NCBI RefSeq assembly: GCF_009834535.1
Contig: NC_045696.1
Location: forward strand, 1,116,001-1,180,000
From: Camelus ferus
Taxonomy: Eukaryota
Direction of reading: 5' to 3'
DNA: 64,000 bases
Shown piece after piece: positions 35,471 through 47,302 of this stretch; position 1 is the first letter of the stretch; each line of letters begins with the position of its first letter. The notes below the pieces were generated by a model. That model made no database searches, was not told the origin of the DNA, and was given only the letters and a program-made list of their open reading frames with translations. The position numbers and the translations under genes are program-made.

Positions 35471-38400
35471 CCCCGGGTGCCTGGTCCAGCTCCCCACTCC
35501 CCACGCTGGCCCCAGCCCTGACCACAGCTGGACTCATGATTACCGTCCGGCTTCTCCCCTCACCGGACTATGCACTCCTGGGAATGGGGACTTTCTGGGC
35601 CACTCCACATGGTGCCTGGCCCCCAGCGGCCACTTGGCGAGGAGTCCGCGAGTGAATAAAGGAAGGAGCGTTGTGCCAGAAGCGTCACGGCCAGATTTAC
35701 TCAACACTGGTGAGTCACTCGTGGGGACTCTGCTGAGTCATAAGTTCCTTTCGGTCAGGATGTGTTTTAAATTGTCTGTTCTGAGCAGATGGAAATTTCT
35801 TGGCCTCTAGGACTGAAAGAGTGGATGTCCGGATAACACATCCAGAAGGAAGCGGCCAGGAATGTGCATCACACGGGCCATTTGCCCTGCGATGGGGTAA
35901 ACAGACTTCACGAACTTCTGCTCATTTGGAACCAAAGGAAGTTGGGAGCTGAAGCATGAACAATGCGTGGAGGCCGGCCAAAGTCTGAACGTCCCAATTC
36001 TAGCTTTTTTCTCATTACACGGGGAACCCGTGAGAAGGTGCCTAGAGCGTCTCGGGGCCGCAGGCAGACAAAATCACCCCATCAGCGTTTTCACTGACCA
36101 TCAATTAGACGTGTCCTGGGCCATCAACCCCAGGGACGAGGGCCAGCCCCAAGCTGAGGGGAGGGAGGAGGGAGGACTGTGAACAAGGAGACAGGGAGAG
36201 CTGGGGAGGCCCCGCAGCCCGGCGACGGGCGGTCGGGGCACGGGGGCCTGGCTGGGGCAGGCTGGGGCTGGCATGCGGGCTGCCCAGGAGAGCGGAAGGC
36301 TGTTGGAGACGCGGTGAAGGGTCCCATCCCCGCAACGTTCTTTCGGAGTCATGACAAAGCTGGGATTTGCCTCTTAGCCCAGCCATGCTCCCCAAGGGCC
36401 ACCTGGGAGCCTGGGCCATGCGGGGCCAAGTCTACTGTTGTGCCAGTGAACACGAGAGACAGGGCCCGGGGCAGGGCCATCTGCTAACCACCCGGGATGG
36501 AGGGGGCCACCCCTCCTGCCTGCGCGTGAGGGGGGATGGAGGTGACCGGCGGAACCACTGTGAGCCGTCGCCCCGCCGTGCGGCTTGGCTCCAGCTGCTC
36601 GCTGCCCGTCTCGCGGGAGAGCCGCACTCACGATGCTCTCAGTGCTCAAGCGTTTTCCAGCACGTCGTCCGCTCCTGCTCGGTTTTGCTGCCTGCAGCCC
36701 CCTTCACGTGGGAGCACACAGCGTTGGCACCAGCTCCTGGGGGTGGGGGGAGATACTGGGGCCACAGGACACCCCCCACGCCCCACCCGGAAGCCGGTGG
36801 AGACGGAGAGCACTGGGCGTGTTCCTGCCTCCTCACCCAGTGTGGAGTGGAGACCCCGAGAGGGGAGGAGCCCAGAATCCCCCAGGAGAGGTGTGATCCC
36901 TGAGGATTCCCCCAAAAGGGGCCTGTGAGGGAGCTGGTGGCAGGAGTGGAAAGTAAAGAAAGACTCACTGATGCCCAAGTGACCCCCGCACGGGGCTGTC
37001 CCGCCAGCTCAGGAGTCACTGTCCTGGCCTCAGAAGTGCCTTGAAATGTGAGCTCGCCGGCACCGGCGGTGACGGGCCAGCAGCTGCCGTCTGCGCCCTG
37101 GTGCTCGGTGTCTGTGGCCGGCGGAGGACGTGGGGGGCTGTCTTCCCAGCTCCTCGTATCTTGAGTGTTCGGGGGAGTTTCCATGGGACCCTCAGCGCTC
37201 AGAGACCCTCCCTCTGTCAAAGTCAACCTGCTTCCGCACGCCACTCGCGCGTACCTCCATGACACCGTGGCTTTGTCCTCCACGGGAGAAGCGAGAGTCC
37301 TGTGCGCGTCGGCTTGCCTCTCACAGTGTTCTTGTCTGTGACGTGGCTGGGCAGGGGAACCTCAAGGCGCGGGTTACGGGGTGGCGACCCGAGGGGCCCA
37401 GCGCTGCCTGGCCCCGGGGCCTGTGTCTGGCTCGCTCCTGCCGCCTGCAGCCTGTAGGGGGTTGAGGGGGGCGGCCTGCTAGTGGGTCCCCTTTGAGATA
37501 TAAGACCTGCAGGCAGTGGCGCGTGGCTGGGCCAGCTGCTTCAGGGGAGGGGCTCCCACTGGTGCCTGGGGAGATGGAGGGGCATGGTCCAGACCCGCGG
37601 GATGGCGAGGGGCGATCTGGGCGTCTCCCGCAGGCCCACCCGCCGCACACAGACGGGAGGAGGAGGAAGTCAGACTCTCCCCACCGCCCCCAGTTCTCCA
37701 GGGATGCAGGTCATTCATGACCCGTGGCGGGGGAAAGCCCGAGGGCGGGGGAGAGTGTAAGGTGATGGCCGGGGGCGGGGCTAGCGAGGAGGGGCGATGC
37801 GCTTGGCAGCCTCCAGGCTCAGAGCAGCTTGGCCGGGCCGGTCAGGGGGCCTGGGAACTGGAGCAGCCCTGGGGGTGCTGGGGCCCAGCCTGGTGGGGGA
37901 GGGCGCAGCTCAAGCCCTGCCTGCACTGGACAGCGGGCTGGGGCTCAGATGGCTGCACCGTCCTGACCTTGGAGACTGAGAGCCTGTCTGGCTCCCTGCC
38001 CGCATCCCAGTTGCGTGGGAAGCCCAGGCCCACCCGAGTCTCCCGCAAAGTCTCCGGGACTTCTGTTCTCGCCATCATTTCCGGCAGCAGCCATGCCCTC
38101 CTCCCACGGCCGGGCTCCTCCCGGGCTTCTGCGCCAGCTCCCACGGCGCCTGGCCAGGTGGGCACACCGCCCCCGCCACTCATTCCAGATCCACGTGTGT
38201 GGGCGTGCCTGAGTGTGTGAGCGTGTGTACGTGTGCGTGCGCACGTGTGCATGGGGTGAGGCTGGTACCCCACCGTGGCTCTCAAGGCTGGTGTGGGTGG
38301 TCCTTCTCCTGAAGGTCCTCCTCTCCATCTTCTGCCCCTTATAACCAAAGACCCGAGGAAGTGAGGGGGCCCTGAGGTGAGGGGTGGTCAGGCTGCGTGG

Positions 38401-40139
38401 AGGGGTCTGGTCGAGGAGGCTGAGAGGCAGCCGGCCGGCTTCCTGTGGAGCTCCAACTGGGTGACCAGGGTGGCAGGGTTTGCCTGGGACTGTCCATCCC
38501 ACAGTGGGGATGGCTGGTCACGACTGCTGACCCATCAGGGTTTCAAAGGGCGTGTGGACAGGAAAGGAAGTCTGTGCCCTGGACGACAGAAAGGCACAGG
38601 TGGGGTCCTGGGTCCCGGGGCCCCTGGCGTGTGGGTGGAGCAGTGGGGAAGGATCCGGGGAGCTGTGAGGACCAGCGAGCAGAGCGTGTCGGGGGTGGGC
38701 TGGCAGGGTGGGGTTGAGGGGAGTGCTGTTGCCCCAGGGCCTGGAGCCCCTTACTCTTTGTGCGGCCCTCCGTCTCCTGGGCCGTTCCAACCATCAGGAC
38801 CAAGCGCAGGACCACTTCGGAAAGGCGCTCCCTTGGTTGTGAGGGGTGGGTGCCCAGCAGAGGGAGACACACCCAGGAGGGAGGGTGTCTGGCAGAGGCC
38901 GTTTACAAGGACCGCTACAGTAGCAGGTGGCAACAGGAGGGGCTCCGCCTGGGCCTGTGGCCCGAGGGAGTGACCAGGGAGGGGGATGCCTTGATACCTC
39001 TCTCCTCCCACTGCTGAGGCTTTCCTGGGGGCTAGAATGAAACCACCCAGAGACCCTCTCCATAAAGGCAGCAGAGAAAACACATTACTGTTTTTGAGCC
39101 AGAAGGCGTCGCATATCACGGGTGACTGCTGAAGCCACGACAAAGACAGAGAGAAACCAGATTCTTTTACATAAGAAGGATTTGCAGCTTGAGTCCCCTC
39201 CCAGGAAAGGGGAGGTGTGCAGTCACCTTCCTCCAACTGCAGCTTAGAGAGCTGGCTGCAGGCCTGCAGGAAACATTCCTGAGTTGTGAGACTGGCCAGG
39301 GATTATGAGGCCATTAAAAAGATTTACAAACATTTGGAAAGGACTGAGAAAGCCCTTCTGGAAAGGGAGAGGGGAGCCTCTTCTCTTATTTTCAGCGGGG
39401 AGAGAACTCTTACCTGCCCTCCTGGCCCCACTGGCCAACCCACGGGGCCGGGCAGCCCCCCCCCCCGAGGGGGTGGACTGGATCGGGATGTTTGTAGGAC
39501 AAGCAGAGGGAGAACCCAGAGTCCGCAAGGGGGCCGCTGGGGGCCGCAGCCCTGAGAGATGGAGCCGCGTGCCTGCATCCCCAGGCTTGGCGAGGTCTGT
39601 CAGGCCGGCCTGGGCCTGCTGTCCAGCCGCTCTCCCAGCCCCCATTCTCCTGCCAGAGAAAGAGACTCAGGAGCACTCCTTGTAACAGACCAGTGTGAAC
39701 ACATCCAACAAAGCCTGCCTCCCCAGATCCCAGCCCTGGGTGTGGGAGGGGACGAGGACGCCCAGCAAGGGCGACTCAGGTGGAGGAGGGGTACTGTGGA
39801 TGGAGAGCCGCACAGTCGGCTGCAGGATGTGGGGAAGGAGCGTCCACCCACCGCTGCCCGGTCACCTGCGGTGCGTCTTCTCCTGTAGAAGCTGGAAGTG
39901 AACCCCCAGTCACGTGACACGAGGCACTTTGGGGTAATTTGAGAAGAGAGTTCTGTGAGTCAGGACAACCTTGTAGAACATCTGTGTGGACAGTGAGGTG
40001 ACATCTAATCTTGTTACCCCACTGGCTGATGGGACACCCTGCCTGTCCAGCCTAGGGGGCTGCTACAATCTAAAAAAGATTTTCGAGCATTTCTCAGAAT
40101 TTAAAGCAAGACGAACTCTGTATGAGTCCCTAAACATCC

Positions 40140-40651
40140 TGCAGGAGAGGGGAAAAAAGCCTTTCCTCTACCCTCTTAAGTTCAGTCCTGGCGGCCTGTG
40201 AATTAAACTGAGAAAAGCCAGATTAACAGGAGAAAAGGTTTATTTCATGCACACGTGGTGGGGAAGGAGGGCATCGCAGAAAACTCCGGAGAGGCAGGGT
40301 GGGTGGTGGCGGTGGTTATATACCATCTTAAGGAAGGGGATGCTTATGGAAGAGGAACGGGTGTGGGTCGAAGGGGTGAGTGTGGGAAGGCGGCAAGGAA
40401 ACTAGGGAACGTTTGGAAACAAGGGTTGTGGAGTGAGTTTTGTTTGGCAGCCTCCAGCCCAAGAGTCGTCCCCCGAGGACAGCCTTACAAGTGGAAATTC
40501 TTTTTGTGAAAGGGAAGTGCACGCTCTGCCTTCAGGCTGGAAAGGGCAGGCAGAGGGCCCTTCCTCAGTCTGGGCTCTCAGTCACCTTCAGCCCAACCCG
40601 GCCCTTGTGCCCCAGTGGAGGGTCTGGGGCGGGGTGTCTTGATTTTCTTCG
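40140..40651 (-). mobile_element. ERV1 solo LTR (MER34-like)
   Basis: tgcaggagaggggaaaaa...cctctaccctcttaagttc...cagattaacaggagaaaa; end ...ggggtgtcttgattttcttcg. Possible TSD ATCC/ACCC. Confidence 0.7.
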
Positions 40652-40673
40652 ACCCAAAACCCGGACGGGGTTT

Positions 40674-40814
40674 ATGTGAGGGGAGGAGGGTTGGGTTTAC
40701 TTACTTATTTACTTACTTAGTTAATTTATTTATTAAATAGAGGGACTGGGGATTGAACCTAGGACCGCCTGCATGCTAAGCACGTGCTCTCCCACTGAGC
40801 TACACCCTCCCCCC
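40674..40814 (-). mobile_element. Vic-1-type tRNA-derived SINE
   Basis: Reverse complement gggggagggtgtagctcagtgggagagcacgtgcttagcatgcaggcggtcctaggttcaatcccc, followed by an AT-rich tail. Confidence 0.9.
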
Positions 40815-41789
40815 AGACTGGGGTTTTTAAGGAAAAGTATGTTGAAGGAAACTTTGATGAAAGAAAAACCGACAGCTTGGCTGGCGGCGGCTCCACGGTT
40901 CCGCAGGGCGTGTTCCCTCCGCGGCCGACGCCCTCCAGGCCGCCCAGGGTACCGCAGCCTATCCTGTGACTCGGTCCTGGCCCAGTCGCCTGGCTTCCCT
41001 CCCCCCACTCCAAGCTCAGAGGGCCCAGCTCGGGGTGTTTCTGCAGCCGCCTCCCCTCCCCCTGCCCAGGAAACGGTAGGTAAGGACTCCCGGGGGCGGG
41101 GCACACGGGGAGGGGGCACATCAGCCCCTCCCGGCAGCGCCGCCCCCTCCCCACCACCCTGACAGCCAGGGGGCTGCCCTGTCTCCGGACAGGTGGGAAT
41201 GCCCGGCGGTCACCCCCGTGGCTGGTGGGGCCTGTCGGGGTCCGACTTGGGGCCTGCAGGGCCCTCCTGGGCATGCAAGCCCCGCCACCGCTGCTTTTGT
41301 TTACAGAAAAAGGTCTGGTCTCCGAGGCCTCCCCTGCGTTGCACGGAGCAGGCCCAAGCGGTTACTGAGTAGAGAAGCAAGGGAACGCAGACACAGGAGA
41401 AGCAGTCGATCAAAAGACGTGATGATGATCAAACAGCAGTCAGCGATGGAACAGCCGTGGCTCCTCCGGGCTGGAGGTGCATTCAGAACCTGGTGCGTAC
41501 CTTTGGGTTGATCTGCAGGAATGAAGGCCCCACCCAGAGACTCAGTTTCCCCTCTCGCTGCCCCTGGCCTGCCTCTCAGATCAAACGCCTGGGGACCTGG
41601 GCCACACACGCCGAGCTCTGGGCCAGGTGCTCGCCGCTGTCCTCGCTGCAGGGTGGGAGGGGACGCCTGCCCCCGCAGCCGTGGGGAGGGTCCCTCAGCT
41701 GGGGATGTGGGCAGGGGGTTTCCACCAGAAGGGATTCTGATGCCCCCCAGCCCCCTCACTCCACTCCCAGGGAGAAGCAGACCGCCTTG

Positions 41790-42368
41790 CTGCCTGTCCT
41801 CAGTGTCCTTTTCACTCAAATTCTCCTTCACAATCTCTAGTTTTTAGGTAGAAGGTAAATTTTACAGCCACCTTAAGCTCATGAAGGGTTCTTTCCCGGA
41901 TGGTCTTCATGGTAAAGGGCGCCCTTGGCTTCTGCGATCCCTCTGCCCAGGAAGTCGGGCCCGGCCATCAGAGGCCCCGTGGCCTCTTTCCCTGGGTTTC
42001 CTGGTGTCAACTAAAATGCTGCAACCACATCAGTAAACAAAGAAGGCTGAAACCCAGTCATCAGCGGCTGCCGCCACCCCTCAGTGGGGCCAGGCCTGCA
42101 GCCCGGCCTCTGCAGCCACTCACAGTGGTGCCCTCTGAGCGGACTCGGAATAAGAAAGGACAGGACACTGACCCTAGATAGCCAGGTGCTTGTCATTGTT
42201 CCAACTACCTGGTCTTTGTTGTAAAGCCCCTATATATCCCAGCTCCTCCCCTACCTCTTCGGAGCAGCCCCTCAGAGCCACCTGAGAGGCCATCACCCCG
42301 GCCCAAGTCCTTCCGCCAAATAGAACATGACTCTGAGCTTTTAAGCTGCGAGTGTACTTCAGTCGACA
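41790..42368 (+). mobile_element. ERV1 solo LTR (MER39/LTR39-like), copy A
   Basis: TATA-like ctatatat at ~42230, a degenerate poly(A) signal and a 3' end ...ttcagtcgaca. Homologous to 50330-50921. The 5' boundary is approximate. Confidence 0.7.
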
Positions 42369-43104
42369 CCGGGAACGTCACCCCCCACCCCCCGCGAGAG
42401 GGGCCCCAACCCCACCCAGAGCCGCGCCTGGTAACGTCCTCCTACCCTCAGCAGAGCCCTCACTGCGTCCTTGTCGCTTGCAAGGACACAGAGGCGGGGC
42501 CCAGGAGGCCGGGCAGGGTGGGCCTGGGTCCCAGGGTCTCTCAGGGCCTCACGGCTGCCTCCCACAGGCCTTCCATAATACAGCTGAACCCAGGGAACTT
42601 TCCATCGCTCATCCTCCACGCGGGCAAAGGCTCCACTGCCTGCAATCCTCTTGTAAAGCTCACAACGGTGTGGAAGTCTCCTTTCGTTGGACCCCACATA
42701 TCGTGGCTCGCCTGTTCCTAAGCTCATGATGAGGCTGTTGAGTGTGAGCCGGGTCTGGTATGAGGGCGGCTGGGTGGTGCCGCCTCCCCTGGGGCCTGGA
42801 CTCGCTGCGGTTTGGCCTCTGGCGCCAGGCTGCCTCCAAGCGCTCTCCCTGCCCCCAGCCCGTCCGCGCAGCTGTCTGCTCTCTGCACCCAGCCCGGCGC
42901 GCCTTCCTGGGTCTGCAGAGCTGGCCCGGGTTCAGGCCCTGCTGCAGGACACCCAGCCCTTCCTCTCACTGGAGGTCAGCTCCCCATCCCTTCCCTGACA
43001 GCCAGGGCCCCTCACACCCTCTCCTGGAGGGTCCTTTGAAGCCTCCTGGGCAGCTGGAGGCCTGCTGAGTCGGGGCCCCAAGTCCAGGCTGGGCCTCCCG
43101 GCCG

Positions 43105-43195
43105 TGTGGCCTCCCTGTGCCTCAGCTTCCTCCTCTGTCTAACGGGGATGACAGCCCCCGTCGTGGGGTCACTGGGAGGACTGAGAGTTCGCACT
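43105..43195 (+). mobile_element. MIR core fragment
   Basis: ccctgtgcctcagcttcctcctctgtctaacggggatgacag...gggaggactgagag matches the MIR core. Confidence 0.7.
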
Positions 43196-44759
43196 AGAAT
43201 CCGCACCGGAGAGTGCTAACTTGGGCCGCACCGGATTTCCACCCAGAATTAAGTAGCCGTGAGTGATGAGGGGACCCCAGGCTCTCCCCGCACCAGCTTC
43301 TGAAGCTCTGTTGCAATGGTTGTGAATCCGGGTCCTTGCCCTGCTCAGGAGTGATGCAGAAGTGGCCCTGGGACAGTTGTTGTCATCACTGGTCAGATCT
43401 ACCAGCGGGAGGGGCTCACGGGTGCCCAGAACGCGCACGGCGAGGAGACGGGCCGTTCAGAGTGCTGACAGCTCAGGGACCACTGTCTCCTCCCTCTGGA
43501 GCCTCAGCTTCGGGCGGCATGTGCCGGCTCCTGGAGTCCGGGCTGGCCTGTGGCTGGCGCCTGGGCCCCGCTCCCGGGGAGAGGGCTTGGGAGCCACGAG
43601 GCGCTCGGGCCACTCCCTCGTTCAGCCGGAACGGTCCGTGTCTATGACTGCGTGTTGAGCTTCCCCTCCACCAGTGCTGTTGTTTGCAGAACAGATTGCA
43701 AGTTTTGGCAGCCACAAGATAGCAAATGATCAGATGATTCTTCCTGTGTTTGACAGGAGATAAACCAAGGCTCTCCCCCCACTGCCCGTAGTTGCCACAG
43801 GGATAGAGGGCTCCTCCGTGTGACTCACGACTTCCCCACGCCCGGCGAGCACCCAGCACGTGTGTCTGGTGGGTACGTGATCTGAACTCTGGGAAGAACT
43901 GAGTGTGCAGCCCTGGGAGTGCACGCCCGGAAAGCATCATTAACTTGAGACCAAATGCAAGAAACTGAACATTCTTTCTCTGTGAAAGAACATCGGATTG
44001 GAAAAAAATGCAGCTCCGGGGACCTAAGGTCGGCTTTGAGAATGTGCAGCCTCAGCGGGTTTGACAGCGAAACGGCCTCGTGAACACGGGGCCGGAGCCG
44101 CGCTCGCCCTGGCCGTGCCGGGCGGACGGACGGCCTCTTCCTAGAAAGACGCAGATTTTGTCCGGGACACAGTGGCTCTTCTTTTCATTAGTGTGTCCTG
44201 AAATAATTTCAAACTGAAAAAAAAAAAAAATGAGAATCGTGGCAAGACTAGAGAGGGAAACTTCTGGGTAGCCTCAGCTCAGTGATGTTCTACATTTTCT
44301 CACATTTCTTCATCACTCTCCCCATCTCTCTCTAACGTGTTTTCAGAACCAGTGGAGAGCGGGTGGGAGACTCCACACTCTTTGCTCCTAAATGCCTCCT
44401 TGGGCCTCTCCTGGGAGCACAGACATTCCACCATGACCCTTACCGCAGCCGCCAGGTGGTAGAACACGCCCGTCGCGCTGAGCATCCACATTCAGCTTTG
44501 CTGAGGGTCTCCCCAGTGTCCCTCCCCAGAGCGGGTCTGGCCAGGAGCACACGCTGAATCTGGCTGTCGCACTCCTGTCCCTGGGCCCTTCCTGTCCCTC
44601 AGGACCGCGGAGCCTAAGTGCCTGCTGCTGGCTGAGTGCAGGCCGAGCCGGTGGGCGAAGGGGACTTGCTGTCTGCAGTCCCCGGGCTGGGAGCAGAGGG
44701 CTGGCTGGGTGCGAGACCGTCCCGCAGGCCCAGCTGCACCCCCCGGACGGCACCCCTGA

Positions 44760-46165
44760 TCCTCTGTCTCGCTTACTGCGTTGCCTGAAATTTCCAGCGC
44801 TTCATGGGGAATCGCATGGCCAGAGCAGACAGCGGTGCCTGCTCCCGGACTTCGGGGTAAACGTCCCACTACACGTGTACCCAGCACTAAGCGGGAGTTC
44901 AGCTGTAGGGGAGTCACGGGTGGCCCGTGTCGGAGGGGGAGTTTTGGTGTAGTCTTGGTCCTCAGAGAGCTTTTGTCATCAGTGGGTGTCACACTTCTGC
45001 TCAACGGCTTTTCTGCGTTTGTTCAGGTGTCTTGTGCTCTCCTTTGTTCTGCTGGTACAGTGAGCTCCACTGGCTGGTTTCAAGTCGTAAACCGACCTTG
45101 CGTTCTTGGGCCGAGCCACGCTCGATCACAAGAGGTGATTCCGTCTTACGTAGATCGTGGGATCTGGTTTGCTAACGTTTTGCTCGGTGTTTTGCATCCA
45201 CATCCGTGGATGTTACTAATCTCTGTGCTTCTTCCCTTACAGTGTGCTCTGTCGGGGTGGGGTCAGCCTCGTGGACCGGGCTGGGAGCTGCTCCCTCTTC
45301 TGCTCTCTGAGTGAGTCTGTGTACGATTGGTGATACTTCCTCCCTAAATCGTTTTTCTCAGATTGAGACACAGTTACAATGTGTCGACTTCTGGGGTACA
45401 GCAGTGTCCCAGTCATGCACATACATACATGTATCTGCTTTCATGCTCTTTTTCATTTAATGTTATTATAAGATATTGAATATAGTTCCCTGTGCTGTAC
45501 AGGAGAAATTTGTTTTTTTTAATCTGTTTTTATATACAGTGGTTAACATTTGCAAATCTCCAACTCCTGAATGTATCCCTTCCCGCCCCCTCTCCCGGGT
45601 AACCATACGATTGTTTACTACGTCTGCGAGTCTGTTTCTTTTGTAACCTCCCTAAATGCTGATAAAACTCACAGTGAAGCCATCCGGGCACGCAGTCTTC
45701 TTTGTAGAAATAATTTTGATGATGAATTTAAATTTTAGGGATAATCATAGGGCTATTCACATTTTCTAAGTTGCATTTTTCAGGCATTTGTGTCACCTAA
45801 GTTGTTGAATTTCTTGACATAAAGCTGTTCATAACGTTTCTTCTCCTTTCGTTACTGAAGGATCTGCATCGATACCCTTCTCTCATCCTCGATTTCTATC
45901 GCCTCTGTTTTTTAAACAATCTTGCTAAAGTTATCAATTATAATTTTCAAAGAACCGATTTTTGCTTTGTTCATTTTTCCTACTGTTTGCTTTTTATTTT
46001 ATTATTTTCTACTCTTATTTTTATTATTTAACTTTTTGCATTTAATTTGCTTGTTTTTTCCTAGTTTCTAACGGTGAAAACTTAGGTAATTAAGGCTTCT
46101 TGTTTATGTCTAGTATAAGCATTTTAAAGCTATGAATTTCCCTCAAAGCACTTCTTTGGTTGCAT
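44760..46165 (-). mobile_element. Old L1 ORF2 fragment (antisense)
   Basis: The reverse complement at ~45130-45210 resembles the DAKILNKILANRIQ region; T-rich L1 linker sequence at 45660-46160. Confidence 0.75.
45350..45646 (-). mobile_element. Young 5'-truncated L1 3' UTR insertion
   Basis: Perfect 11-bp TSD CCTCCCTAAAT (45339-45349 / 45647-45657); same family as 8345-8622. Confidence 0.9.
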
Positions 46166-46293
46166 CCCATGAGTTCTGACACGTGTACCTGTGTGTATGC
46201 ACATGTGCATTCCTGTATGCATGTGCACACCTTTCTTTTACATGTGCACCTGCCTGTGTGCATGTGTGTACCCGAGCACATGTACATGCAGTG

Positions 46294-47070
46294 TGTGTGT
46301 CAGTTTGCTAGAGCTGCTGTAAGAAAGTGCCACACACTAGGGCAGCTTAAATGACAGAAATTTATACTCTCACAACCCCGGAGGCTAGAAGTTGAAGATC
46401 AAAGCATCTGCTTCCTGTTGCAGGGGGAGAATTAGAGGGAGAACCTGCTCCAGGCCTCTCTCACGGGTTCTGGCAAATCATCGGGGCCCCTCGGCTTGTG
46501 GAAACATCACCCTGATCTCCATCTTCATCTTCATGCGGCATTCTCCCAGGTGTGTCCGCATCCAAATCTCTCCTTTTTATAGGAGCACGATCATACTGGA
46601 CTAGATCCCCCCTCTTGACTTCATTTTAACTTGATTATCTCTGTTATGGGCTGAACTGTGGTCTCCCAAATTCACATGTTGAAGCCCTGACGCCCAGCGG
46701 CTCAGAATGTGGCCTCATTTGGAGATTGGGTCTTTAAGGAGGTAGTTAAGGTAAAATTAGGTCACTGGCGAGGGCCCTGTTCTCGTATGAATGGCATCCT
46801 TGTGCAAAGAGGAGATTAGGAAGCAGACACACACAGGGGGACAAGCACGTGAGGACACAGGGAGGAGACGACTATCTACACGTCTGGGAGAGACCAGCCC
46901 TGTGACCCTGAACCTCAGACTTCACCCTCCAAGACCATGAGAGAATAAATGTCTGTTGTTTGAGTTCCCCGTCTGTGGTGCTCATTCTGGCTGCCTGAGG
47001 TCAGATTGAGGTTCTGGGGGTCAGGAATTCATTATGTGAATTGGGGGGGGTCACAACCCAGCCCATGACT
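46294..47070 (-). mobile_element. MLT1 LTR (host) split by a nested MLT1
   Basis: MLT1 sequence runs 46294-46641 and resumes at ~46999-47070. Confidence 0.8.
46642..46998 (+). mobile_element. MLT1A/B-like LTR nested in the opposite orientation
   Basis: Starts tgttatgggctgaactgtg; contains gagaataaatgtctgttgttt. Confidence 0.85.
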
Positions 47071-47150
47071 GTGTACATGTGTGTATGTGTGTACATGTGT
47101 GCATGTCTCTGTGTGTGAATCACGCGTCTCTGTGTATCAAGGACACAGTG

Positions 47151-47302
47151 GGGGGCAGCAGGGCACCGCTCAGTGGTAGAGGGCACGCTCAGCATGCACG
47201 AGGTCCTGGGTTCAACCCCCAGCACCTCCATTAAAATAAATAAGTAAATAAGTAAACCTAATTACCTCCCAAAACAAATAAATAAACAAAACAAAACAAA
47301 AC
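47151..47302 (+). mobile_element. Vic-1-type tRNA-derived SINE
   Basis: gctcagtggtagag...ggtcctgggttcaacccccagcacctcc followed by aaataagtaaacctaattacctccc and (CAAAA)n. Confidence 0.9.
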
